DNA from: Myxococcota bacterium | GTDB lineage: Bacteria; Myxococcota_A; SURF-8; G963663525 | Reading direction: 5' to 3' | Assembly (NCBI GenBank): GCA_963676915.2 | Contig: CAXXVK010000006.1 | Location: forward strand, 1-64,000 | DNA: 64,000 nt | In this document: positions 9,655 through 19,084 of the stretch, piece by piece | How positions within the stretch are numbered: position 1 is the stretch's first letter | How the letters are laid out: each line of letters begins with the position of its first letter | The notes under the pieces: generated by a model | Seen by the model: only the letters and a program-made list of their open reading frames with translations | Told to the model about the DNA's origin: nothing | Database searches by the model: none | Made by a program: the position numbers and the translations under genes

Positions 9655-10818
9655 ATGATGAATCTGATGTTACTATTTCGCCTACTAATTCACTGGCCAC
9701 TGATTCTGCTTATTGACCAGCTTACGAAGATTGGCTATTCGCCCCATCCAAGCGAACTCCGCCGTCTCTATTCGGAAAACCTGGCGCTCAAGGCCGTCAA
9801 CGAATCGCTGCGATTGGAGCTTCACAAAGCGCGCAACAAGCGAGCGCCGATGTCCTTCCAGACGCGCGTCTCCCAGATCTTTGCCTATCTGCTGACGCGA
9901 GGCAACAAGCTATTTCAAGACAGGTTCTTTGGCTCCAGTCCGTCTACGATCAGAAAATGGGCCACGCGCTTTCGCCATCCCTTTGCCAAACCGAAAATGC
10001 CGCTTGGCCGTCCGCCAGTCGATGAAGTAATCGTCGAATGGGTGCTCCGGATCAAACGCGAAAACCCTCGGTTCGGTGCTCCGAAAATATCGAAAACTCT
10101 GGCTCGCATGGGCATCCGGGTATCTGTTTACACCGTGTCCAAGATCCTGAAGGAGCATGGTCTGCATCCGATTGACGATCGCAGATCAAGATGGGAGAAG
10201 TGGGCCGGTACTTTCAAAGACGAAGTTTGGGCGATGGATTTCTTCTTTACGCACCTTCGTAAGGGAACGGAAGTCGCCGTCCTGCTGGTTTGCGACACTT
10301 TCACGAAGGAGATCCTTGAACTTCGAGCTTTTGAAGGCCGTCGCTTTCTCGATTCATTCCGGATCGCTGGTTCTCTGGTCGAGGTATTCCGGAAGTGGAA
10401 GCGGCGTCCACAGAAATTGGTTCATGACCGCGACCCGCTTTTCAAAGGTCAGGTCATGCGCCTGCTGGCGGTCAGCGATATCGATGAACTGAAATCTCCG
10501 CCACGCTACCCGAACATGAATTGCTATGCCGAGCGATCCGTGCAAAGCGTGAAATACGAATTGATCAACCATATCCGGGCGGAGACGGTTGAGGAACTAC
10601 AGAACTTCCTCGACGAGTACCGGACCTGGTTCAACGAGTACCGCGCCCACGAAGCCCTGGACGGCATGACGCCGTCCGAATTTGCCTCTGGTAAACGGAT
10701 AGCCGACGTAACCCGGATCGACGATGTCCGAGTCAAGCGGCTCGAAAGCGTCGAGTTTGCCGATGGCAAGCTGGTTGGCTACCGCTGGGTAGACGGAGAA
10801 GAGAAACAGGCCGCCTGA
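9655..10818 (+). mobile_element. DDE transposase with HTH and integrase core (rve) domain, IS481/IS3-like
   Basis: ENPRFGAPKI HTH; WAMDFF, LVHDRDP and NCYAER provide the DDE triad; WFNEYRAHEALDGMTP. Element ends could not be resolved. Confidence 0.88.
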
Positions 10819-11473
10819 GAGATATCGGGATCGGCCATGATGCAATACGTTTGCAAAATTGCGAGTGGATCGCGAAAGGAGTGGTGTGCTCGGAAACCTG
10901 AAATTGGCGTGAATCGAATGGAGATGGATCTGGAAATGGCACTGGCGACAACCAGAACGAGAATCGGAACGGTGAAGCGGAGGAGATCGGGACTCCCGAT
11001 ACGTCATCGGATGCTCGCCATGGGACTTTTCAGCAACCGCTATGCGGAAGCCTGGATTCCACGAACCTGGCCGGGAATACCCGGACCCGGTAAGCTGGGG
11101 AAAAATGGCCTGTTTGAGTCAAGTTCGAAAGGTTTTCCGCACACCGGACGTTACCGGAAACAAACCGTGTGCCATATTTCGGACTGGAGAAAATCGGCGC
11201 GTGAAACGTAAAAAGTCAGTATTTTCAAGAGAAAAGTTTGGTGGTAACTCCCGGTCATCTCGTGTTACCAAAAAACCTTCTCTGTTGCCTCTCAAAAAGA
11301 TGTGTGATTCCAACATGTTGTAAGTCGCCAAATTTCAGAGAATTTTCGACGCCACGACTGCATCGCTCCAATTTTTTCTGCTGTATTATCCATTAGATAC
11401 GCATTGTTGAGAACCCTTGGTGTTATATTAATCATTGTATCAATATTGTTTGGTGTTGTCTTGTCACAGGTAA

Positions 11474-11731
11474 TTAATCTGCAATGGTGGAGAAAAGGGG
11501 GGACTGAGTTGCTTCGAATTGGCCATATGTCCCGTTCAGAATAGATTAGATCTTCCGACGAAGATGTTCCTCGGTCAAGCGGAGAGAGTTGGGGTATGGG
11601 GATTTGTCCCTAATACGTTTTCGATGACCATCCGGGAACTTCACCCAAAGATCGAAATAGTATCGTCCATACCGTTTGACGATTCCTTTTGGGAGTGCTC
11701 GTTTTTTTTGCTTATTCTTGTTGGTGGGCAT
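11474..11731 (-). pseudogene. N-terminal remnant of phage-type tyrosine integrase
   Basis: MPTNK..GIVKRYGRYYFDLWVKFPDGHRKRIRDKSP..LRRKI*SILNGTY..PLFSTIAD*; arm-binding-like start with in-frame TAA at 11546 and 11474. Confidence 0.6.
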
Positions 11732-11885
11732 GATCAACCATAAAAAGGCGTTCCGAGATCCGCCACTGTCCACGAGCCTTCTTAAAGCCCGGTATCTCCC
11801 GCCGGTTCACGATGTCGTACATGGTCTATCTGTTTACCCGGAGGATGTCGGCGACCTCCATCAAGGTCAGGGTTTTGAAATTGGT
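11712..11885 (-). pseudogene. Excisionase-like HTH (HTH_17) pseudogene
   Basis: TLTLMEVADILRVNR*TMYDIVNRREIPGFKKARGQWRISE, with internal TAG at 11826-11828; overlaps the integrase start. Confidence 0.75.
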
Positions 11886-12108
11886 CTATCGCTGTTCCAG
11901 TCTGCTCCATCTCCTGAGCTCCTTCCTGCGAGCTCCGTTGCTCACGGGAAGTACACTCTGTCGGTTGGCCAAGTAAGCCGGTTTGGGGGAGAAAGCGATA
12001 TTTTTCAGATTTTCCATAAAAGGAGACGGTCTCCGGAGATTCCTTTTGCATCCAAGAAGTAATTTTATATTAATTCTTTGGGATATTCTTTTTCATAAGG
12101 AGGAGAGG

Positions 12109-12534
12109 ATGAGCATAGAAAGCTTCTCTGAGCTATACGATGAAATTGACAAATTTCGTGGAGGCCGTTGGAATTTTCGTGGAGTTCATGATCCGAATTA
12201 TCAACTCATTCCTAAAATTGGAAGAAAATGCGATGCAGGTGGTGAGCGTAGAATCTTTGATATGTTCTGTAGAGAGCTGCCCGGGTATGGAATAACCATT
12301 CCAAACAACAATTGGGAACTCCTTGCATTGGGTCAACACCATGGACTTCCAACTCGTTTTTTAGATTGGACGGAAAACCCTCTTGTAGCAGCCTATTTTG
12401 CTTGTGATGGTCAATATGACCGAGAAGGCGTAATCTATGTTCTTAAGACCCCGCATGTGACAAAGGATATAGAAGAGGATCCTTTTTCAATAACCAAGGT
12501 GGTTAGGTATAGGCCACGGCATATAACCAACCGT
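12109..12534 (+). pseudogene. FRG-domain protein, C-terminally truncated
   Basis: NFRGV..LIPKIGR..LGQHHGLPTRFLDWTENPLVAAYFA; breaks after PRHITNR where IxAQxGxF is expected; AGGAGG RBS; AT-rich. Confidence 0.82.
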
Positions 12535-12749
12535 ACACTCACCTCCTGGCGCTTTGCGAAGACTTCACCGTTTGGTACAACGAGTGGTGTCCTCACGAAT
12601 TTCTGGGTAGCGCCACGCCCGGCCAGGTCTACCGGGACAAAGTCGTGCCCCTCGTGCCGAAGGATGCCAAGGCCGTGCCGGAGCACATCGAAGTGAAGCG
12701 CTTTGCCGAGACGAAGGTTACCGGATATAGGCTGAAGCAAGCGGCGTGA
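12534..12749 (+). mobile_element. 3' fragment of a second rve-type transposase
   Basis: YTHLLALCEDFTVWYNEWCPHEFLGSATP...TGYRLKQAA*, homologous to the C-terminus of 9655-10818; absent from the ORF track in this frame. Confidence 0.78.
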
Positions 12750-13096
12750 GTACGAGAAGGTGAAGGTCTGTTTTTCTGTGCGCCCGGAAGCCACCAACGG
12801 AGACGACGCCTGCCAGAAAATCATCCCTTGACCTCTTTCATGAAGCTCGCAAGGGCTTTGATGCGATCAGATCCTTCTCATTTTTCGGTTTTCAAAGAGC
12901 GGAAAGCATTGAAAAACGGTCATTTGCGACTGTCTCATTGAAGCGTAACAGGGGCAATCACACCTACTTAGTCGATGTCCTGCAACGGGTGGACGATCAT
13001 CCGAAAAGCCCAATCGTCCAACTCGCTCTTATATTCTTTTTTTCATCCTAAAATGAGGACATCGGACCCTACGGGTCGATTCCCAATCCGCACTTT

Positions 13097-13600
13097 TTAA
13101 TTTCCGCACAACCGCCGGTCGAGTTCGTTACAGATGCTTTCAACATCGGAACAGGGAATGAATAACGGTGAGGATTGCCCGTCCGAAAAGCGGAACTCGC
13201 AGGTCCGGTATCCCAGCACGGAAACACCGTTTTTCACGGCCAATGCGATTTCGGACAACGTCCCGCCACCGCCGCCTATTGCAACCACGATCTGCGAGGA
13301 AAGTACGTTGATCACATTGCGTGCTTCGCCGATACCCGTCACGATAGGGAGCCGAATGTAAGGGTTGGCGTCTTCTCGACGATGGCCGGGCAAAATCCCC
13401 ACCGTCAAACCGTCGTTGTCCCATGCACCTTTGCTGGCGGCTTCCATGACGCCTGTTCGCCCGCCACATAGCAATGTCCAGCCTCGTTTGGCAATAAACG
13501 CTCCGATTCGCTCGGCAGCCTTTAAATGGTCGGAATCGGCACTGGAGCCACCCATAACCCCAACGACAATCAGACGCGAAGAATCGCGATCGGTGCTCAT
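13097..13600 (-). CDS. TIGR00725/LOG-family Rossmann-fold protein
   Basis: LCGGRTGVMEAASKGA, VGILPG, TGIGEARNVINV, GGGGGTLSEIALA; ATG overlaps the ferredoxin stop. Confidence 0.88.
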   Translation of the reverse strand: MSTDRDSSRLIVVGVMGGSSADSDHLKAAERIGAFIAKRGWTLLCGGRTGVMEAASKGAWDNDGLTVGILPGHRREDANPYIRLPIVTGIGEARNVINVLSSQIVVAIGGGGGTLSEIALAVKNGVSVLGYRTCEFRFSDGQSSPLFIPCSDVESICNELDRRLCGN

Positions 13601-13818
13601 TTTGACTCCGTATCGGATCGTCCATAATGAGGATGCGGCATCGGAGCCTCCACCGGGCAGATATCCAGACATTGAGGACGCTTGTAATGTCCTACGCATT
13701 CCACACATTTTTTAGGATCGATCTCGTATTTGCCCTCGCCTTCGTAAACCGCTCCGACGGGACAGACGGCCTCACAAGCGCCACAATACACACAAGCATC
13801 GGAAATCATGTACGCCAA
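13597..13818 (-). CDS. 2x[4Fe-4S] ferredoxin (YfhL-like)
   Basis: CVYCGACEAVCP and CVECVGHYKRPQCLDICP; TTG start after an AGGTGA RBS. Confidence 0.9.
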   Translation of the reverse strand: MAYMISDACVYCGACEAVCPVGAVYEGEGKYEIDPKKCVECVGHYKRPQCLDICPVEAPMPHPHYGRSDTESK

Positions 13819-13976
13819 AACGTCACCTATCCTCTCTGGAGCACTCGAAATGTTGTTCCGAATTCGTAAAATCCTCGATAGCAGATTTCCCCAGTTCTGA
13901 CAATGAGAAGTTCCTCTCAAAGATAATCAAGGGTGCATCACAAAATATTGCGACTTTCGTAAAATCCTCTTTTTTC

Positions 13977-14071
13977 GTAGCGGCGAGGCGTAAGCCCGCC
14001 GTTTTTGCCTTTTGAAAGTTGCTTTTATGCCCCCAATCTCCCTTTTCGGCGGGCTTACGCCTCGCCGCTAC
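13977..14071. repeat. GTAG-type REP doublet (REPIN), family A
   Basis: Perfect 25-bp inverted repeat GTAGCGGCGAGGCGTAAGCCCGCCG with a 45-bp spacer; near-identical copy at 48371. Confidence 0.82.
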
Positions 14072-14173
14072 AACCAAATGAATGAATGATTCAATATTAT
14101 TGGGCCTATTCGCACCATTTTGTGATGCACCCGATAATCAAAACCCGGAAAAACAGGACCAAAACAGTAATTT

Positions 14174-15526
14174 TCAGTCCTCGAAAGCCAAAGGCCGTAA
14201 TCCCGTAGTGGGCCACCACCGCTCGAACGCTTCTCTCGCTCGATCCCGATAAAACCGCTTTCTGTCGGTCTTTCGTAACCTTTTCTCGGGAGGAGGAAGC
14301 ATGGCGTGCGTCACATTGGAGGGCTGAAACGGATCTCGTGGCGTCGTAAGGTGTCGCAGCAATCCTCCCGAAAGCGTTTCCTCCGGCGGTGTCGAAAATG
14401 GAATCTGGAGTTGTTCTTCCAGTGTGTAAAACGCTGCCATCAGACCGCAAAACGCCGACTCCACATAGCCTTCCACACCGGTGATTTGACCGGCAAACCG
14501 CAGATTCGGCATGGATCGCAGCCGCAAAGTGTCGTCCAGCAGACGAGGAGCATCGATAAAGCTGTTGCGATGCACGCTGCCCAGACGCAAAAACCGAGCG
14601 TTTGCCAGTGCCGGAATCATACGAAACACCTGTTTTTGTGCGTCGTAGCTCATGCGCGTCTGGAATCCCACCATGTTATAGGCGGAGCGCTGAGCGTTTT
14701 CCGCGCGAAGCTGCACCACGGCAAAGGGACGGCGTCCGGTTTTCGGATCGATCAGCCCTACCGGTTTCATCATGCCGAAAGCCAGGGTTTTCGGGCCACG
14801 CTCGGCCAGCACATCAATGGGCATACAGCCCTCGAAATACTTTGGTTTCTCGAAAGGACGCGGTGGTACTTTTCGCGATGCAACTACAGCTTTGATAAAG
14901 GCGTGGTATTCGTCTTCATTCAGTGGCAGATTGAGGTAATCGTCCCCGCCTTTGTCGTACCGTGATGCGAAAAAGGCGTGGTTCATGTCGATGCTATCGG
15001 CATCGATGACCGGAGCGATGGCGTCGTAGAAATGCAATCCGTCTGCACCGGTGCTCCGTCCGATTTCTTCGGCCAGAACATCCGAGGTCAACGGACCACT
15101 GGCCACAATAGCCGGTTCGGCAGGAAGTTTCGTGGCTTCCTCGCGAATCAGTTCGATTCCCTCTTCCTGCTCGATCCACCGGGTCAACAGGGCGGAAAAT
15201 TCCTCACGATGGACCGCCAAAGCCCCACCGGCGGGGACTTCAGTGCGTATCGCTGCCGCCATGAAAGCCGACCCCATCTTGGACATTTCTTCTTTAAGAC
15301 ATCCAACGGCGTTCAAAGGATCGCGTGCCCGAAAGGAATTGGAACACACCAGCTCGGCCAGATCCGGGTTTTTATGCGCAGGACTGAACGACCGGGGTTT
15401 TCGTTCGATCAACCGGACGTATACACCCCGTCGTGCCAGTTGCAAGGCCGCTTCACAGCCCGCCAGACCGCCACCGACGACCGTAACCGATTCTTGAATA
15501 TTTCCGGGAAACTTGCTGTCAGTCAT
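14174..15526 (-). CDS. trmFO: Folate/FAD-dependent tRNA U54 methyltransferase
   Basis: VVGGGLAGCEAA, AELVCSNSF, YFEGCMP, GFQTR, HRNSF and AGQITGVEGYVES motifs. Confidence 0.96.
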   Translation of the reverse strand: MTDSKFPGNIQESVTVVGGGLAGCEAALQLARRGVYVRLIERKPRSFSPAHKNPDLAELVCSNSFRARDPLNAVGCLKEEMSKMGSAFMAAAIRTEVPAGGALAVHREEFSALLTRWIEQEEGIELIREEATKLPAEPAIVASGPLTSDVLAEEIGRSTGADGLHFYDAIAPVIDADSIDMNHAFFASRYDKGGDDYLNLPLNEDEYHAFIKAVVASRKVPPRPFEKPKYFEGCMPIDVLAERGPKTLAFGMMKPVGLIDPKTGRRPFAVVQLRAENAQRSAYNMVGFQTRMSYDAQKQVFRMIPALANARFLRLGSVHRNSFIDAPRLLDDTLRLRSMPNLRFAGQITGVEGYVESAFCGLMAAFYTLEEQLQIPFSTPPEETLSGGLLRHLTTPRDPFQPSNVTHAMLPPPEKRLRKTDRKRFYRDRAREAFERWWPTTGLRPLAFED

Positions 15527-16571
15527 CGAGAAGCACCCAGTTCTGTCGTGGAATATCGGGACCGGCAGGAGAAAAATCACCCGCCAACACGTAGATTGCC
15601 CGCCGATTGGCCTGCATGTCGGTTTCGTCCGGAGTGGATACGGCAGGAACATCCTCGCCGAACCCCTGGAATTTTATAGGAAAACGAAACCCTTTGTGCC
15701 GAAAATAGGCGGCAATGGATCGGGCGCGCCGTAGAGAAAGCGCAAGATTGTACGATTTTTCACCCACCGTGTCGGTATAGCCCGCGATATAAAGATTGAG
15801 TTGTATGAGTTTTCCGTACCGTTGCACGGCTTGTTGCAATTTTGCGTACGTGGCGTCCAACTTGGAACGTTCCCCGTCCTGAATTTCGTGGCGACCGGAG
15901 GCGAAGTGCACTTCCTCGTGTTCCACTTCGACACTCCAAGGGCTGATTTTCACGGAAGAAAACGCCCCTTCCCTGTCGTGGGCCGTCAAGTCGATTCGCA
16001 ACACGACACCATCTTTCTGCGTCCAGGTCATGGACGTAGGTTCGTCGGCACGTCCTTCGGGGTAAAGTTGTTGTCCCTGCCCCAGTTCTTCGCCATTGTC
16101 GCCTATGATCGTCCATTCAAGACGTGAAACGGGACGGTTGAGTGTGAAATAGAGCGTTTGGGACGCCAAATCGAAGCGTTCGGGAAGCACTTTCAATGAC
16201 AAACCGGGCAAAACCGTAAGAGCGAAGGCCAACGGCATAGCCCCTTGTTCCCCACCACCGAAATCGACCGTCAACCGCCCCTGATATTTCATGGTACCGG
16301 GTTTCTGGCTGATTTCGATATGTTGTGCCGTTCCGGTTTTGAGATCGGAAAAACGCCTGGAGATTTTCTTACCGTTGCTATCATTCAGTTCGAGTGTAAC
16401 CTGCGGAAGATCTTCCCGGACGATCAATGTCAATCCGGGAGAGTCCACGCCTTCCATCGTGCCGGTTTTCAACTCGATATCGATGGCGTTTCCCGCTTGT
16501 GCGGAGAAAATCGGGAACCAACAACAAACCAGCAGAAGACCACACGCCACGGGGGAAAAACTGCGGGTCAT
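15519..16571 (-). CDS. Secreted OmpA-family peptidoglycan-binding protein
   Basis: Signal peptide; C-terminal GYTDTVG..NLALSLRRA..GFGE..NRR OmpA domain. Confidence 0.88.
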   Translation of the reverse strand: MTRSFSPVACGLLLVCCWFPIFSAQAGNAIDIELKTGTMEGVDSPGLTLIVREDLPQVTLELNDSNGKKISRRFSDLKTGTAQHIEISQKPGTMKYQGRLTVDFGGGEQGAMPLAFALTVLPGLSLKVLPERFDLASQTLYFTLNRPVSRLEWTIIGDNGEELGQGQQLYPEGRADEPTSMTWTQKDGVVLRIDLTAHDREGAFSSVKISPWSVEVEHEEVHFASGRHEIQDGERSKLDATYAKLQQAVQRYGKLIQLNLYIAGYTDTVGEKSYNLALSLRRARSIAAYFRHKGFRFPIKFQGFGEDVPAVSTPDETDMQANRRAIYVLAGDFSPAGPDIPRQNWVLLDD

Positions 16572-16572
16572 G

Positions 16573-17406
16573 CTACTTTCCTTTAAACTCGGGAGTACGG
16601 CGCTGCATGAAGGCCATGGCACCTTCGAGATGATCCTCGGTTTTCGCGCAAGTCGCGATAGCATAGCGTTCTTCTTCCAACTGTTCTTCGAGCGAATTCG
16701 AACCGACGCGGTGCATCAGCTTTTTGATTTCGACAAGCGCCAACCCCGGTTTTTTGGCTAGGTTTTTGGTGTAGACACGGGCGTATTCTAGAAAACCGAT
16801 ATCGTCGTACTCTTTGGTAATCAATCCAAGGCGCACAGCTTCGTCACAGCTTATTTTCCCGGCTTCCATCATCAGCCCCATGGCGCGTTTCTGGCCAAGA
16901 GATTCTTGCAGAAAATACGTCGCTCCACCTGAAACCGGCAAACCGAGATTGATCTGCGGAAACTGGAAAATGGCCGAACGAGCGGCCAAAATAAGGTCAC
17001 AGGCCAATGCCAACGAAAAACCCGCCCCAAGCGCCGGACCATTGACCCCCGCCACAACCGGCTTTTCCATACGGCGGATCGTCAGTACGACGTTGTTGAG
17101 CTTGCGCATGTATTCGAGATAGGAATGATAAGGTGCCGCATTCAAACCGATAGACAGTGAATGAACGTCCATCCCTGAACAAAACGTGGAACCATTGCCG
17201 CAAAGTAGAACACTGCGAACCTCCGGGTCACGATTCGCCCGGTCGAAGTTCAGAAGAATGGCTTCCAACTGCTCGTTATCCAACGCATGGAGCTTACTTG
17301 GCCGGTTCATGGTAATGACGGCGATGTTCCCATCTACTTCGTACAGTACGCGGTCTTCGGTCTCGCTTTTTTTTCCTTTGGAATACGACATCTGCAAATT
17401 TCCCAT
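16573..17406 (-). CDS. Enoyl-CoA hydratase/isomerase (crotonase) family
   Basis: ITMNRP..FCSGMDV..KPVVAGVNGPALGAGFSLALACD..AFMQRRTPEFKG. Confidence 0.9.
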   Translation of the reverse strand: MGNLQMSYSKGKKSETEDRVLYEVDGNIAVITMNRPSKLHALDNEQLEAILLNFDRANRDPEVRSVLLCGNGSTFCSGMDVHSLSIGLNAAPYHSYLEYMRKLNNVVLTIRRMEKPVVAGVNGPALGAGFSLALACDLILAARSAIFQFPQINLGLPVSGGATYFLQESLGQKRAMGLMMEAGKISCDEAVRLGLITKEYDDIGFLEYARVYTKNLAKKPGLALVEIKKLMHRVGSNSLEEQLEEERYAIATCAKTEDHLEGAMAFMQRRTPEFKGK

Positions 17407-17498
17407 TTTTAGATAGAGGAAAAAGGAGAATCAACTCGCACAAAGTGGAAAATTCCCCAACAAGTTTGAATAAAATGACCCTTTGCGTCCTACCATAC

Positions 17499-17527
17499 TT
17501 GACAGGAAGTCACAACCCGGCTATTAC
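17499..17527 (+). promoter_or_regulatory. Sigma70-like promoter of small basic ORF
   Basis: TTGACA-17 bp-TATTAC. Confidence 0.5.
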
Positions 17528-17567
17528 ATTTCTCCCGTCCGACGAACGAAAAAGCAAGGAGCCAACG

Positions 17568-17735
17568 ATGGGATCGATTTCGAAAAGAACAGATGTAAAG
17601 CGGAACCAAAAAAAACGTAAAATGGGAAAACAAAAAGCACGTCGCTCCGATTACGTAAACCAAGTGGGCCTTTTGCCGCCTCTCTCCTCGGAAAAAGAGG
17701 AAGAGAAATCCTCGGAAACCACCGAGGAAAACTAA
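17568..17735 (+). CDS. Small Lys/Arg-rich protein with acidic tail (55 aa)
   Basis: AAGGAG RBS, upstream promoter; MGSISKRTDVKRNQKKRKMGKQKARR...SEKEEEKSSETTEEN. Confidence 0.65.
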   Translation: MGSISKRTDVKRNQKKRKMGKQKARRSDYVNQVGLLPPLSSEKEEEKSSETTEEN

Positions 17736-17925
17736 CCCGAAATCATTTCGGTGTTACTTAAATACTTGGAATCGCTATGGAAACGGCATACAAATCTATG
17801 CCGTTCGTGATTCATTTTCTCGTCCGATCCAACGTACGAATACAAAACCATAAAACCTCCCTAAGCGGTGGGAATCTATCGGTTTGCAAATTTTAGGATT
17901 TTTTTAGAAATTTGCAGCCAGATAC

Positions 17926-18846
17926 TTACCAAACCGATGAAGCATAAGCCTGCTCGGCGGCCAGTTTCATATTCGGCCAGTCTTCAATGATTTGCAGCAA
18001 TCGATGATCGGGAACAAGCCCCTCCAGCGAAGAAAATGCTTTTATCAAAGGGGCAATGTCGTCTTCACCCCCGATTTTACCCAAAAACGGAGCAAGATTC
18101 ACAGCAGTTTGCACCAAACGTACCGGGTAAGCCGGGACGTGCTCGGGAAGTTCCTCGTCCTGGTGGTGTAGAATGATTTCACCCAAAGGTTCCGGTAGAT
18201 TCCAGCGTTTGGAAATATAAAAACCGATTTCCGGGTGTTTTCGGTCGATCAGCTCCTGGATCGGTTTCTCGTAGGTTTTCCACTTCTCCAAGCTACGGAA
18301 AATATCTTCGAAGGCCATCACGATCACGGGAATACCGATATCGTGCAGAAAACCTCCCAGAAATGCATAATCGATACCCTTACCGATTTTTCTTGCAATT
18401 AGTTCGGAAAGAATGGCGGAGGCCAGCGAACGGGTCCAGATATCGCGTAAAAATTCGGTATTGGACTGGCTGTGAAACAGCTTGTTGGCAAGCGCATAGG
18501 CAATGGCCAGATCCCGAACCCCACGAAGTCCGATACGTGAAATGGCACTGCGTAAAACGGTGATTTTCATGCCCCCACGCGAATACATGGCGCTATTGGC
18601 CACACCGACGATTTTACCGGCGAGATACTGATCCAAACGCACGATATCTTCGAGCTTTGCGAAGGTCGTGTGATCGTTGACAGCCAACACCATGATTTCA
18701 CTCGCAACGTGGGGCAGAGGAGGAACTTCCAACCGATTGGAACGGATTTTCCGTTTCAGTTTCTCGCCAAGATCGTCGAGAGCGCTTTGGTAATTAACGC
18801 GGCTGTCTCCTTTTTGATGTTCGAGGGCAATCATCGAACGAATCAA
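17926..18846 (-). CDS. Stand-alone HDOD-domain protein
   Basis: VPPLPHVA, DQYLAGKIVGVANS, LHDIG, WNLPE motifs. Confidence 0.9.
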   Translation of the reverse strand: MIRSMIALEHQKGDSRVNYQSALDDLGEKLKRKIRSNRLEVPPLPHVASEIMVLAVNDHTTFAKLEDIVRLDQYLAGKIVGVANSAMYSRGGMKITVLRSAISRIGLRGVRDLAIAYALANKLFHSQSNTEFLRDIWTRSLASAILSELIARKIGKGIDYAFLGGFLHDIGIPVIVMAFEDIFRSLEKWKTYEKPIQELIDRKHPEIGFYISKRWNLPEPLGEIILHHQDEELPEHVPAYPVRLVQTAVNLAPFLGKIGGEDDIAPLIKAFSSLEGLVPDHRLLQIIEDWPNMKLAAEQAYASSVW

Positions 18847-19084
18847 TTTCTCCTTAAATCCACATTACCACTCACGAATCGCTTTGTTGCCATTCGAAAA
18901 GAGTCGGTCCATCGCACGTGGACCAATGGTATTTAGATAAACAATCGGGTGAGATAATATAAAATGAAGTTGTTTTTTTTCGATATTGAATGTTTTTGCA
19001 GACTATTTCAATATTTCATTGCAACAAGGTCACAAAAATACCTTCTCTATCCAAAACGGTTTTTAACTCTTTCTCACCCGTCTT

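Noticed and set aside
10837-11331. Short ORFs after the transposase as passenger genes
   Set aside because: No motifs or RBS; they overlap in several frames and are more likely non-coding IS tail.
9589-11360. Terminal inverted repeats of the rve element
   Set aside because: Best candidates (GTCTGCAGCCAAAC at about 9601 and the reverse of TTTTCGACGCCACGAC at about 11343) match too weakly.
11712-11945. Amber (TAG) recoding in the phage-like remnant
   Set aside because: The adjacent integrase is broken by TAA and many normal genes end in TAG; C-to-T decay is simpler.
13058-13095. tRNA 3' end or att site (GGGTCGATTCCC)
   Set aside because: No cloverleaf, T-stem pairing or CCA; only a short GACCC-TAC-GGGTC hairpin.
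13977-14071. CRISPR array
   Set aside because: Repeats are inverted pairs, not direct repeats with spacers, and no cas genes are present.
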